In this document: positions 1 through 8,369 of the stretch, one piece after another
Layout of the letters: each line of letters starts with the position of its first letter
Numbering within the stretch: the first letter of the stretch is position 1
Source: a virus
Taxonomy: Duplodnaviria; Heunggongvirae; Uroviricota; Caudoviricetes
IMG/VR virus record: IMGVR_UViG_2561511241_000001
Span: 1 to 40,644 of that record
Length of the DNA: 40,644 bases
Direction: 5' to 3' (one strand)
Notes under the pieces: generated by a model
The model's input: only the letters and a program-made list of their open reading frames with translations
What the model was told of the DNA's origin: nothing
Database searches by the model: none
Translations under genes and position numbers: made by a program

Positions 1-1254
1 ATGCTGGAACAAATGGGCATTGCCGCGAAGCAAGCCTCGTATAAATTAGCGCAACTCTCCAGCCGCGAAAAAAATCGCGTGCTGGAAAAAATCGCCGATG
101 AACTGGAAGCACAAAGCGAAATCATCCTCAACGCTAACGCCCAGGATGTTGCTGACGCGCGAGCCAATGGCCTTAGCGAAGCGATGCTTGACCGTCTGGC
201 ACTGACGCCCGCACGGCTGAAAGGCATTGCCGACGATGTACGTCAGGTGTGCAACCTCGCCGATCCGGTGGGGCAGGTAATCGATGGCGGCGTACTGGAC
301 AGCGGCCTGCGTCTTGAGCGTCGTCGCGTACCGCTGGGGGTTATTGGCGTGATTTATGAAGCGCGCCCGAACGTGACGGTTGATGTCGCTTCGCTGTGCC
401 TGAAAACCGGTAATGCGGTGATCCTGCGCGGTGGCAAAGAAACGTGTCGCACTAACGCTGCAACGGTGGCGGTGATTCAGGACGCCCTGAAATCCTGCGG
501 CTTACCGGCGGGTGCCGTGCAGGCGATTGATAATCCTGACCGTGCGCTGGTCAGTGAAATGCTGCGTATGGATAAATACATCGACATGCTGATCCCGCGT
601 GGTGGCGCTGGTTTGCATAAACTGTGCCGCGAACAGTCGACGATCCCGGTGATCACAGGTGGTATAGGCGTATGCCATATTTATGTTGATGAAAGTGTAG
701 AGATTGCTGAAGCATTAAAAGTGATCGTCAACGCGAAAACTCAGCGTCCGAGCACATGTAATACGGTAGAAACGTTGCTGGTGAATAAAAACATCGCCGA
801 TAGCTTCCTGCCCGCATTAAGCAAACAAATGGAGGAAAGCGGCGTGGCATTACACGCAGATGCAGCTGCGCTGGCGCAGTTGCAGACAGGCCCCGCGAAG
901 GTGGTGGCTGTTAAAGCGGAAGAGTATGACGATGAGTTTCTGTCATTAGATTTGAACGTCAAAATCGTCAGTGATCTTGACGATGCCATCGCCCATATTC
1001 GTGAACACGGCACACAACACTCCGATGCGATCCTGACCCGCGATATGCGCAACGCCCAGCGTTTTGTTAACGAAGTGGATTCGTCCGCTGTTTACGTTAA
1101 CGCCTCTACGCGTTTTACCGACGGCGGCCAGTTTGGACTGGGTGCGGAAGTGGCGGTAAGCACACAAAAACTCCACGCGCGTGGCCCAATGGGGCTGGAA
1201 GCACTGACCACTTACAAGTGGATCGGCATTGGTGATTACACCATTCGTGCGTAA
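1..1254 (+). CDS. proA: gamma-glutamyl phosphate reductase (glutamate-5-semialdehyde dehydrogenase)
   Basis: Full 417 aa ORF recognised as E. coli ProA from recall ([11 protein letters not shown]...GDYTIRA); TAA stop at 1252-1254; followed by thrW as in the E. coli chromosome. Confidence 0.95.
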   Translation: MLEQMGIAAKQASYKLAQLSSREKNRVLEKIADELEAQSEIILNANAQDVADARANGLSEAMLDRLALTPARLKGIADDVRQVCNLADPVGQVIDGGVLDSGLRLERRRVPLGVIGVIYEARPNVTVDVASLCLKTGNAVILRGGKETCRTNAATVAVIQDALKSCGLPAGAVQAIDNPDRALVSEMLRMDKYIDMLIPRGGAGLHKLCREQSTIPVITGGIGVCHIYVDESVEIAEALKVIVNAKTQRPSTCNTVETLLVNKNIADSFLPALSKQMEESGVALHADAAALAQLQTGPAKVVAVKAEEYDDEFLSLDLNVKIVSDLDDAIAHIREHGTQHSDAILTRDMRNAQRFVNEVDSSAVYVNASTRFTDGGQFGLGAEVAVSTQKLHARGPMGLEALTTYKWIGIGDYTIRA

Positions 1255-1368
1255 ATAAAACCGGGTGATGCAAAAGTAGCCATTTGATTCACAAGGCCAT
1301 TGACGCATCGCCCGGTTAGTTTTAACCTTGTCCACCGTGATTCACGTTCGTGAACATGTCCTTTCAGG

Positions 1369-1444
1369 GCCGATATAGCTCAGTTGGTAGAGCAGCGCAT
1401 TCGTAATGCGAAGGTCGTAGGTTCGACTCCTATTATCGGCACCA
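1369..1444 (+). tRNA. thrW: tRNA-Thr (anticodon CGU)
   Basis: 76 nt GCCGATATAGCTCAGTTGGTAGAGCAGCGCATTCGTAATGCGAAGGTCGTAGGTTCGACTCCTATTATCGGCACCA; anticodon loop TTCGTAA; T-arm GGTTCGACTCC; 3' CCA encoded. Confidence 0.9.
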
Positions 1445-1454
1445 TTTAAATCAA
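1399..1454. repeat. attL core (56 bp direct repeat, overlaps 3' end of thrW)
   Basis: ATTCGTAATGCGAAGGTCGTAGGTTCGACTCCTATTATCGGCACCATTTAAATCAA is identical to 40062-40117. Confidence 0.85.
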
Positions 1455-1458
1455 TAAG

Positions 1459-2622
1459 TTACACATCATTAGTACCTTCCTTATTTTTTGACTGGGACAA
1501 ATTTGGGACCGATGGGTTCAGGATCGAGTCTATTTGCCGTGCGTGTTCGGTAAGGTGATTAGGTGCAAGGTGAGCATATCGACGAACCATTTCGATAGAC
1601 TCCCAGCCTCCCATTTCCTGTAACACTGACAACGGGACTCCGGCTTGAACCAGCCAACTTGCCCAGGTGTGTCTCAAGTCGTGAAATCTGAAATCATCAA
1701 TACCAGCCCGTCTCAGCGCCGCTTTCCAGGCTGTGTTTGCGTCATACCGCATCTTCCTTACTGTTGGCGCTTTCGTTCCGTCTGGTTTGGTACAGCTTTC
1801 CTTGTACACAAATACCCAACGGTGATGATTCCCGATTTGTTTTTTCAATACGCGACATGCAGTATCATTCAGCGCAACGCCAATTGCGCGGTTTGATTTA
1901 CTCTCTTCCGGGTTTATCCATGCCACCCGGCGCTGCATATCTATTTGTTGCCATTCAAGGTTGATGATGTTCGAGCGTCTTAAGCCTGTTGCCAGTGCAA
2001 ATTCAACAACAGACTTTAATGGCTCCGGACATTCATCAATCAGCCTTTGTGCTTCATGGGGCTCCAGCCAGCGGATCCGTTTATTCTTTGGTTGAGGCAC
2101 TTTAATAATTGGTGCCTTATCCAGCATTTTCCATTCACGCTCTGCGGCTCTTAGTAGGGCCTTTATAAATGAAAGATGCGTAGCCTTCGTTGCAACGGAC
2201 GCTGGTTTTGGCGTGTATTCTGGAACAGGTTTCCCTTTTTTTCTGCATGCTTCTGCCCTGAGTTTCCAGTTTTCCTCATGACGCCGGTTCGTCATTTTCT
2301 GCATTGCTGAATAAATTTTTGATTCAGTAATGTCTCTTAGTTGCATTCCTGCGAAATGTTGAAGCCAGAATCCGATCCGGCTTTTGTCATCGTCCAGTGA
2401 TTTTTTATGTGCTTTCTCTTCAAGCCACCTGACACACGCTTCCTCGAACGTTATATCAGGTATTTCACCAAGTTTGCTGACCCGCCATGCTTCAGCCTTT
2501 AGCTTGTCATGGAGTTCTGTCGCCTGCCTTTTGTCCTTTGTTCCAAGAGACTGTTTAAATCTTTTACCGTTCGGCAATGTGAAACTGGCGTACCATATTT
2601 CACCTCTGCGGAAGAGTGACAT
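1459..2622 (-). CDS. int: tyrosine integrase (P22/SfV-type, thrW-specific)
   Basis: 387 aa; [34 protein letters not shown]... matches my recollection of P22 Int; C-terminal catalytic region [15 protein letters not shown]...MVRRYAHL (R-H-R-Y signature); GAGGAAA RBS; adjacent to att. Confidence 0.9.
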   Translation of the reverse strand: MSLFRRGEIWYASFTLPNGKRFKQSLGTKDKRQATELHDKLKAEAWRVSKLGEIPDITFEEACVRWLEEKAHKKSLDDDKSRIGFWLQHFAGMQLRDITESKIYSAMQKMTNRRHEENWKLRAEACRKKGKPVPEYTPKPASVATKATHLSFIKALLRAAEREWKMLDKAPIIKVPQPKNKRIRWLEPHEAQRLIDECPEPLKSVVEFALATGLRRSNIINLEWQQIDMQRRVAWINPEESKSNRAIGVALNDTACRVLKKQIGNHHRWVFVYKESCTKPDGTKAPTVRKMRYDANTAWKAALRRAGIDDFRFHDLRHTWASWLVQAGVPLSVLQEMGGWESIEMVRRYAHLAPNHLTEHARQIDSILNPSVPNLSQSKNKEGTNDV

Positions 2623-2849
2623 TTTCTTTCCTCTGTTATGCCATCACCCGCGCTCACCTGGACAGTATGCAGCGGAGACTGAAGAGCCGCAATGCAGGCT
2701 TGTCGTGTTGTGAGGTAAGGAGATTTATTCTTAGTGGGATCTTTGCGTGTTGCCTGAAGACGCCCTGTGCGTATCCAGTTAATGGCAGTCGGTCTGGATA
2801 TCTTGAGAAAATGACAGGCCTCATCGAGTGTGAGGCTGTATGGCTCCAT
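2499..2849 (-). CDS. xis: excisionase (Xis)
   Basis: Internal start [31 protein letters not shown] with GAGGTG RBS 5 nt upstream; 116 aa; HTH-like N-terminus; 3' end overlaps int start as in P22-like phages; ATG overlaps stop of upstream gene (TAATG). Confidence 0.7.
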   Translation of the reverse strand: MEPYSLTLDEACHFLKISRPTAINWIRTGRLQATRKDPTKNKSPYLTTRQACIAALQSPLHTVQVSAGDGITEERKCHSSAEVKYGTPVSHCRTVKDLNSLLEQRTKGRRQNSMTS

Positions 2850-3154
2850 TATTTCACCTCTTGTTGTGACATTGTTGAAAAATGGATACCAGCTCGTTGC
2901 TGCCAGACGATCCAACCGAGAGTCATATCCCATGCCATGTATTCGTTATCGCCGTTTTTTGCTCTCCGACGATCTACTAAGTCACCGAAACGCTTTTCCA
3001 TGAATAATTCATAAGCTTCGCGTTCATCTGGTTCTACTTCCAGAGATAGGAGTGCGATTTCATAAGCACGGCGCTCAATATCGTCTCGCACGTCAAGGCT
3101 GCTGATACGCTCTTTAATTTCTTTAATCAGTTCTTTGTCGGTAAAAGTGGTCAT
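2849..3154 (-). CDS. hypothetical early-left-operon protein
   Basis: 101 aa ORF, translationally coupled at both ends (TAATG overlaps with DUF551 gene and xis); acidic, helical-looking sequence. Confidence 0.5.
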   Translation of the reverse strand: MTTFTDKELIKEIKERISSLDVRDDIERRAYEIALLSLEVEPDEREAYELFMEKRFGDLVDRRRAKNGDNEYMAWDMTLGWIVWQQRAGIHFSTMSQQEVK

Positions 3155-3510
3155 TATGCTCCAGCCTCCGGTGCTTTTGGCATTACTGCCCAGTGAGTGA
3201 TATTGACGTTTTCAAGGTCCCCGACCTGAAATGTCCACTGCCATTCTCCGGTTTCTTTTTGTCCCCAGGTGTACCAGAGAGAACGCCAGCCAATTAGCCA
3301 GCCTTCTCCGTTAGCATCGAATAACAAAACACTTTCATTTGCTGGTGGCAGTTCAGTTGACACTGGTATTACTTTGTTTTCCTGTGCTGCACATTTAGCT
3401 TCAAGCGCATCGAATTTACGCACCAGGTATTCAGCATCTGTTTCATTCACTTTCAGATCTCGCGGTACACATCTCCCACGAAGAAACCCTTCCATTTCGA
3501 AAACATTCAT
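3154..3510 (-). CDS. DUF551-like phage protein
   Basis: Motif KVIPVSTELPPANESVLLFDANGEGWLIGW typical of DUF551 proteins of lambdoid prophages; start ATG overlaps stop of upstream gene (ATGA). Confidence 0.6.
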   Translation of the reverse strand: MNVFEMEGFLRGRCVPRDLKVNETDAEYLVRKFDALEAKCAAQENKVIPVSTELPPANESVLLFDANGEGWLIGWRSLWYTWGQKETGEWQWTFQVGDLENVNITHWAVMPKAPEAGA

Positions 3511-4043
3511 GCGCATTTGCGTAACTCCGATAACTCGTTAAAACGTTCCATAAACATCCCGTAGGCATGGCCCGGTGCCTGTGGAATCACTTTGAACATC
3601 TCTGTTGCCGGGATACCTTCCAGTACAGGCCAGAAAGAGCCATCATCAAGCCCGAGATCGCGGTGTTCGGTTGCCAGCATAATGAGATCGGCATATTTCA
3701 CTGGCGTGCTCATAACAGGAGGTAACCCGTATTTCTCACGGATTACGGCGTCTATTTTTTCTTCCATCCGTTTATAGTCAGGAAGAAGTCGTTTCAGTGG
3801 TGCGGGGATGTCCTGGCAATATGCTTCTGTTGCATCATACATTAAAGCTTCAAAAGCAAATTCCTGTGGCACCAGCTGGCTGCAAAGCACCGCATGTTGG
3901 GCGACACTGTAGAAGTGTGAAAGATGTCCTGCAAAGCGACAGATATTTGAAAGGGAAACCGCGATATCGTTAATAACGATGTCGTCTTTATTTATCCTGT
4001 CATAATAAAAATGCTTCCCGGAAAAAGTTTTAATAAATGACAT
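3507..4043 (-). CDS. HD-domain phosphohydrolase (YfdR-like 5'-deoxynucleotidase family)
   Basis: MSFIKTFSGKHFYYDRINKDD...HAVLCSQLVP...HDATEAYCQDIP closely resembles my recollection of CPS-53 YfdR; start chosen at the second ATG, which has a GGAG RBS 6 nt upstream. Confidence 0.7.
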   Translation of the reverse strand: MSFIKTFSGKHFYYDRINKDDIVINDIAVSLSNICRFAGHLSHFYSVAQHAVLCSQLVPQEFAFEALMYDATEAYCQDIPAPLKRLLPDYKRMEEKIDAVIREKYGLPPVMSTPVKYADLIMLATEHRDLGLDDGSFWPVLEGIPATEMFKVIPQAPGHAYGMFMERFNELSELRKCA

Positions 4044-4684
4044 TTTGTTCTCCACGTATATGCGCTGCACCGCGCTGAATTCGGGTAAAAGGAAGCCCTC
4101 ACCGTCCGGCGATTATTGAGTCAATTACATTTCCATAAATGCCCCCGTAGGGGCGGTTAGTTTCTCCACAAAACAGAGAAGAACACCTGCGGTGGCAGCC
4201 GCCCGGATGGATTGGGTTATGAGCCCGTCGTCCGGTGATGCTCTTCTCTGTTTTGTAAAAAGGACGGTACCAGCCGGAAGCAAGGGTACAAGCTGGTACC
4301 GCCAAGACTACACACAGCATAAAGTTGTGGTGCCGGGCGCCTCCCGGTGCCTGGCGAAGGTTGCACACCAGGCGGGTGGGTATCCACAGAAGGTCGACTG
4401 TCAGCCTCAACCTTTACCCGCGTGCGCTGAGCCGCATTCACCACAACGCTAAGGATTCTCTCTGGTTGAAAATACTTAGCTGTTATGTGCCTGCTTTTAG
4501 CCACATCAGGCGAGGTGGACCTAGTTATTCCCCAACAACAAGGATTTGGTTATTATGTAACCCTCCCCAACAACGATAAGGATTTATATGGAACGATGTG
4601 TAGATAAGTATGAGGAGAGGCATGTGCCGTTAAGACAAAAGCCTCCAGTTCCTCCAAAACCACCCAAGGAAAACTGAGACTAAT

Positions 4685-5179
4685 ATGACCAGAGACGATT
4701 ATAAATTTTATATTCACTACTCTTATGTATTGGAGAAGATGAATTACACGTTGTTAACTCGTATTGATAAATTAATAACGTTGATGTTAATCGTTCTCGG
4801 TTTTTCAGTTTTCGCCCCGTACAGTAATTTATTTATTTTCGGTTTGTTTGTTGCCGTACTTTCGGTTCTTCAGTTGGTCTATCAGTTCGGCCAGGAGGCT
4901 GGGATGTCTAAAGAACAAGCGAGGCATTACAAAAGACTGCTGATTGAGTCTGATACTCTTTCTGAAGATCAGTTGCAAGCTAGGTATTTAAAAATCCAAG
5001 ATACCGATAGTAATCCATGGAAATCACTTGAACGAGCGGCTTTCATTCGGGCCTGCATTTTTGCTGGTGTTCCAACTAAGTACGATCTAACAACCAAAGA
5101 AAAATTTATTGCTTGGTGTGCGGGAGATCTACCTCTAGAGAATGAACTAACGGATATTAATGATGACCAACAAGCATAA
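4685..5179 (+). CDS. two-TM membrane protein, possible superinfection-exclusion (SieB-like) moron
   Basis: 164 aa; hydrophobic segments LITLMLIVLGFSVFAPY and LFIFGLFVAVLSVLQLVY followed by a soluble charged C-terminus; AT-rich; opposite to the leftward early operon; internal in-frame ATGs at codons 19 and 34. Function is inferred from position and topology only. Confidence 0.45.
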   Translation: MTRDDYKFYIHYSYVLEKMNYTLLTRIDKLITLMLIVLGFSVFAPYSNLFIFGLFVAVLSVLQLVYQFGQEAGMSKEQARHYKRLLIESDTLSEDQLQARYLKIQDTDSNPWKSLERAAFIRACIFAGVPTKYDLTTKEKFIAWCAGDLPLENELTDINDDQQA

Positions 5180-5345
5180 TCCAGTTCACGGACATGTACC
5201 TCCGAAGCCGAAACCACCGAAACCGAAGAAATGAGACATAATAGGATTGGATAATGAGTCGACCAATAGAGCCTTTTCATATTCCACCTCGTCCCAGGCC
5301 ACCAGATCCAGGCCCAAAGTGAGGGTTACTGATTTTTAAAGAGCG

Positions 5346-5369
5346 AAGCGTCCGGTAGGGCGCTTTTTT
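5346..5369 (+). terminator. rho-independent terminator ending the rightward sieB-like transcription unit
   Basis: AAGCGTCC-GGTA-GGGCGCTT hairpin (8 bp with one G-U pair) followed by TTTTTTGTTG. Confidence 0.5.
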
Positions 5370-5453
5370 GTTGCTAACGAATCATCCTGGACTTCATATG
5401 CTCCAGGGGGCTACTTCGTGGGCGTCCTGCCTGTTTGTTGTTTCGCTTGGGTA

Positions 5454-5482
5454 CATTATGTATCTCAAAGGTACATTGTCAA
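5454..5482 (-). promoter_or_regulatory. candidate PL (leftward early promoter) with overlapping operator half-sites
   Basis: On the minus strand: TTGACA (5482-5477), 17 bp spacer, ATAATG (5459-5454); GGTACAT operator-like motifs at 5449 and 5470 overlap the -35 and -10 regions. Confidence 0.4.
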
Positions 5483-5484
5483 GT

Positions 5485-5508
5485 ATAAAAAACCTGCCGA
5501 AGCAGGTT
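5485..5508 (-). terminator. rho-independent terminator downstream of cI
   Basis: Minus strand AACCTGC-TTCG-GCAGGTT followed by TTTTTTATACTT, immediately 3' of the cI stop at 5521. Confidence 0.5.
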
Positions 5509-5520
5509 CATAAACATTGA

Positions 5521-6195
5521 TTAGGCTTTGATTTTGTATCTTCTTGGTTTTCCTGAGAAAATCACTGTACCAATTATAGAGCAATTACCGTTGATCTTAA
5601 TGTAAGGCTCAGGCCAGTTTGGGTTTAACGCTTTGAGATAACGCTGTGTCCCATCTTCTATCAACCTTTTGAAGGTGGTTTCACCTGTATCGTGCATCAA
5701 TGCAATAACGTCGTCACCGTGGCAGGCAGGTACTTCAGGATCGACAAAAATCATGTCTCCCGGGCGGTACTCATCAATCATTGAATCACCTATCACCCGC
5801 AAGATATAAGTCATTTCCCCACAGGGGACAGGGCAGGGATACGTTTCTGCTGTGCTCAAATCAACCTCAGAATATCCAACTTCTTTCCATGCTCCGGCCT
5901 GTACCCATGATATGACAGGGACTAATGTGATTTGTTTATTAGTGATTGAAACATCAGGTTTTTTTGTGATGTTCGTTGTCTGGTGTTCTTGATCGAGCCA
6001 TCCCACAGGCAGGTCGAAACATTTTTCGATGTGTCGTGCCATGCTGTCACCGATATTTTTAGTAGCACCATCTCCCATAAACCTGCTGGTCTGGGTTGGC
6101 TCGCGATCAATCATAGTGGCAAAGGAAGAATTCCCGCCAACACCATCTCTCAGTTTTCTGGCGTTAGACCGCCGGATGTCATGGATTGTTTTCAT
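5521..6195 (-). CDS. cI: CI-type prophage repressor (HTH + S24 LexA-like peptidase domain)
   Basis: 224 aa; C-terminal S24 signature (GDSM...K in FKRLIEDG) and N-terminal HTH-like region; divergent from a Cro-like gene with a palindromic operator between them. Confidence 0.85.
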   Translation of the reverse strand: MKTIHDIRRSNARKLRDGVGGNSSFATMIDREPTQTSRFMGDGATKNIGDSMARHIEKCFDLPVGWLDQEHQTTNITKKPDVSITNKQITLVPVISWVQAGAWKEVGYSEVDLSTAETYPCPVPCGEMTYILRVIGDSMIDEYRPGDMIFVDPEVPACHGDDVIALMHDTGETTFKRLIEDGTQRYLKALNPNWPEPYIKINGNCSIIGTVIFSGKPRRYKIKA

Positions 6196-6210
6196 AACAA
6201 AATTAAAACC

Positions 6211-6231
6211 CTTGTACCGTTAAGGTACAAG
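6211..6231. promoter_or_regulatory. OR operator palindrome
   Basis: Perfect inverted repeat CTTGTACC-GTTAA-GGTACAAG between cI and cro; related GGTACA half-sites recur at 6274 and in the PL region. Confidence 0.55.
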
Positions 6232-6235
6232 TATC

Positions 6236-6263
6236 TTGAAGGTTCATTTTAATCATGTAATAT
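6236..6263 (+). promoter_or_regulatory. candidate PR (rightward early promoter)
   Basis: TTGAAG (6236-6241), 16 bp spacer, TAATAT (6258-6263), about 23 bp upstream of the cro-like ATG; directly flanks the operator palindrome. Confidence 0.4.
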
Positions 6264-6285
6264 GTATACCGGAGGTACATATTGT

Positions 6286-6486
6286 ATGAAAGCGTATTGG
6301 GACTCTTTAACCAAAGAACAGCAGGGCGAGTTGGCCGGAAAAGTTGGCTCAACACCTGGCTACTTACGGCTGGTTTTCAATGGCTATAAAAAAGCCAGTT
6401 TTGTGCTGGCTAAAAAACTTGAGCAATGCACGTCAGGTGCAATTACGAAATCTGACTTAAGACCGGATATCTATCCGAAAGATTAG
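6286..6486 (+). CDS. Cro-like small HTH regulator
   Basis: 66 aa from the ATG with GGAGG RBS (MKAYWDSLTKEQQGELAGKVGSTPGYLRLVFNG...); HTH-like; divergent from cI. Confidence 0.6.
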   Translation: MKAYWDSLTKEQQGELAGKVGSTPGYLRLVFNGYKKASFVLAKKLEQCTSGAITKSDLRPDIYPKD

Positions 6487-6517
6487 CAGAACACTTTCAA
6501 TTTTTAACCACAGAACG

Positions 6518-7081
6518 ATGAGGCTAATCGTGGGTAAGCATCACTGGAAAATAGAAAAACAGCCTGAGTGGTACGTGAAAGCTGTCAGAAAAACTATCGC
6601 GGCGTTGCCGGGTGGTTACGCTGAAGCCGCTGACTGGCTGGATGTAACAGAGAACGCTTTATTCAACCGCCTTCGTGCAGATGGCGATCAGATTTTTCCG
6701 CTGAGATGGGCAATGGTTTTACAGCGTGCTGGTGGCACTCACTTCATTGCTGATGCTGTGGCGCAGTCTGCAAATGGCGTATTTGTGTCTCTTCCTGACG
6801 TCGAGGATGTGGATAACGCCGATATTAACCAGCGTCTGCTGGAAGTCATTGAACAGATCGGCAGTTATTCAAAACAGATTCGTTCAGCAATTGAAGACGG
6901 TGTAGTGGAACCGCATGAGAAGACAGCAATTAACGACGAGCTGTACCTCTCAATTTCGAAGCTGCAGGAGCATGCAGCACTGGTCTACAAAATTTTTTGC
7001 ATTTCAGAAAGTAATGACGCCCGCGAGTGTGCAGCTCCGGGCGCCGTGGCGTGTCGTGACTGTGGAGAAACTAACGCATGA
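6518..7081 (+). CDS. hypothetical early regulator in the cII position
   Basis: 187 aa ORF directly after cro; C-terminal Cys cluster ([14 protein letters not shown]); family not confidently recognised. Confidence 0.45.
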   Translation: MRLIVGKHHWKIEKQPEWYVKAVRKTIAALPGGYAEAADWLDVTENALFNRLRADGDQIFPLRWAMVLQRAGGTHFIADAVAQSANGVFVSLPDVEDVDNADINQRLLEVIEQIGSYSKQIRSAIEDGVVEPHEKTAINDELYLSISKLQEHAALVYKIFCISESNDARECAAPGAVACRDCGETNA

Positions 7082-7416
7082 ACAGTTTAACAACACACTA
7101 CCGTCGCTCGCAACTGATTGCGCTTCCTGTACCGGGTGGAAAAGCGAAGGTGGAGTATTGCTATGCAGTAAATGTACTAGGTGACAGGGAAATTGTAACC
7201 CACAGCTTTGCAGAGTGGGCTGTGGGTGATTTCAACCGGCAGAAGGAGACAGTCCTTTGCGACAAGTTAACCGCTGGTTCAAAGATCACTACGGAGTACC
7301 CGTCAGAGTCATTCGTTGGGAGCCGGAAACACAACGGGTTATCTACCTCCGTGAAGGCTATGAGCATGAGTGCTTCAGCCCGTTCGAACAGTTTCGTCGT
7401 AAATTCAGGGAAATAG
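7078..7416 (+). CDS. hypothetical protein (C-terminal half doubtful)
   Basis: ATGA-coupled to the upstream gene; the N-terminal ~55 aa look protein-like, the S-rich C-terminal half looks like out-of-frame readthrough; an alternative TTG-initiated frame 7257-7436 is described in findings. Confidence 0.3.
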   Translation: MNSLTTHYRRSQLIALPVPGGKAKVEYCYAVNVLGDREIVTHSFAEWAVGDFNRQKETVLCDKLTAGSKITTEYPSESFVGSRKHNGLSTSVKAMSMSASARSNSFVVNSGK

Positions 7417-7425
7417 AGGTCGGTC

Positions 7426-8367
7426 ATGAGCACTAAATTAACCGGCTATGTATGGGATGGTTGCGCTGCGTCAGGCATGAAATTATCCAGCGTGGCAATT
7501 ATGGCCCGCCTGGCTGATTTCAGTAATGACGAAGGTGTGTGCTGGCCATCAATTGAAACCATTGCCCGCCAGATTGGCGCGGGGATGAGTACCGTCAGAA
7601 CGGCTATCGCACGGCTGGAAGCAGAAGGCTGGTTAACGCGTAAGGCGCGTCGCCAGGGTAACCGCAATGCGTCGAATGTTTATCAGCTTAACGTTGCGAA
7701 GCTTCAGGCTGCGGCATTTTCTCAACTGTCAGATTCTGACCCGTCAAAATCTGACGCATCAAAATCTGACCCGTCAAAATTTGATGCGTCGAAATCTGGC
7801 AAAAAAGCGGGTTTTCACCCGTCAGAATCTGGCGGGGATCCGTCAGTAAAATCAAAACATGATCCGTCAGATAAAAAAACTTCTCGTCCGGACGCTTCGC
7901 AACCGGACACGCAGACGGCTGAACAGGATTTTTTAACTCGCCATCCTGATGCGGTTGTATTCAGCCCTAAAAAGCGCCAGTGGGGAACGCAGGATGATTT
8001 GACCTGTGCACAGTGGCTCTGGAAAAAAATCATTGCCCTGTACGAGCAGGCCGCCGAATGTGACGGCGAGGTGGTTCGTCCCAAAGAACCGAACTGGACA
8101 GCATGGGCAAACGAAATTCGCCTGATGTGTGTGCAGGATGGTCGTACTCATAAACAAATCTGCGAGATGTACAGCCGCGTCAGCCGCGATCCGTTCTGGT
8201 GCCGTAACGTGCTCAGCCCGTCGAAGCTGCGGGAAAAATGGGATGAGCTTTCCCTGCGCTTATCGCCGTCCGTCAGCACGTACACCGAAAAACGCGAAGA
8301 CCCGTACTTCAAATCCAGTTACGACAACGTGGACTACAGCCAGATCCCGGCAGGATTCAGGGGGTGA
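7426..8367 (+). CDS. replication initiator / replisome organiser with internal iterons
   Basis: 313 aa; N-terminal winged-HTH-like region (VCWPSIETIARQIGAGMSTVRTAIARLEAEGWL); central low-complexity SDPSKSDASKSDPSKFDASKS encoded by the iteron array; O-like position after the immunity region. Confidence 0.75.
   Translation: MSTKLTGYVWDGCAASGMKLSSVAIMARLADFSNDEGVCWPSIETIARQIGAGMSTVRTAIARLEAEGWLTRKARRQGNRNASNVYQLNVAKLQAAAFSQLSDSDPSKSDASKSDPSKFDASKSGKKAGFHPSESGGDPSVKSKHDPSDKKTSRPDASQPDTQTAEQDFLTRHPDAVVFSPKKRQWGTQDDLTCAQWLWKKIIALYEQAAECDGEVVRPKEPNWTAWANEIRLMCVQDGRTHKQICEMYSRVSRDPFWCRNVLSPSKLREKWDELSLRLSPSVSTYTEKREDPYFKSSYDNVDYSQIPAGFRG
7728..7875. repeat. iteron array (candidate replication origin) inside the replication gene
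   Basis: About 7 direct repeats of CCGTCA(A/G)AAT(C/T)TGA-like units (ACCCGTCAAAATCTGAC, GCATCAAAATCTGAC, CCGTCAAAATTTGATG, CGTCGAAATCTGG, CCGTCAGAATCTGG, CCGTCAGTAAAATC, CCGTCAGATAAAAA). Confidence 0.6.
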
Positions 8368-8369
8368 TT

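Noticed and set aside
741-1335. Minus-strand ORFs 741-1052 and 946-1335
   Set aside because: They lie antisense within or overlapping the well-supported proA gene, have no RBS and look like composition artefacts.
4099-4579. Four mutually overlapping 84-103 aa ORFs in the hairpin-rich segment
   Set aside because: They overlap in several frames on both strands, lack RBSs and have Arg/Pro/Gly-rich translations; the region is better explained as non-coding.
4044-4684. Retron msr/msd or group II intron interpretation of the structured segment
   Set aside because: No reverse transcriptase or intron-encoded protein anywhere in the window; no recognisable intron domain V or retron layout.
7728-7875. 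CRISPR array
   Set aside because: The repeats are short, degenerate, lack spacer-repeat periodicity and lie inside the replication gene, so they are iterons; no cas genes present.
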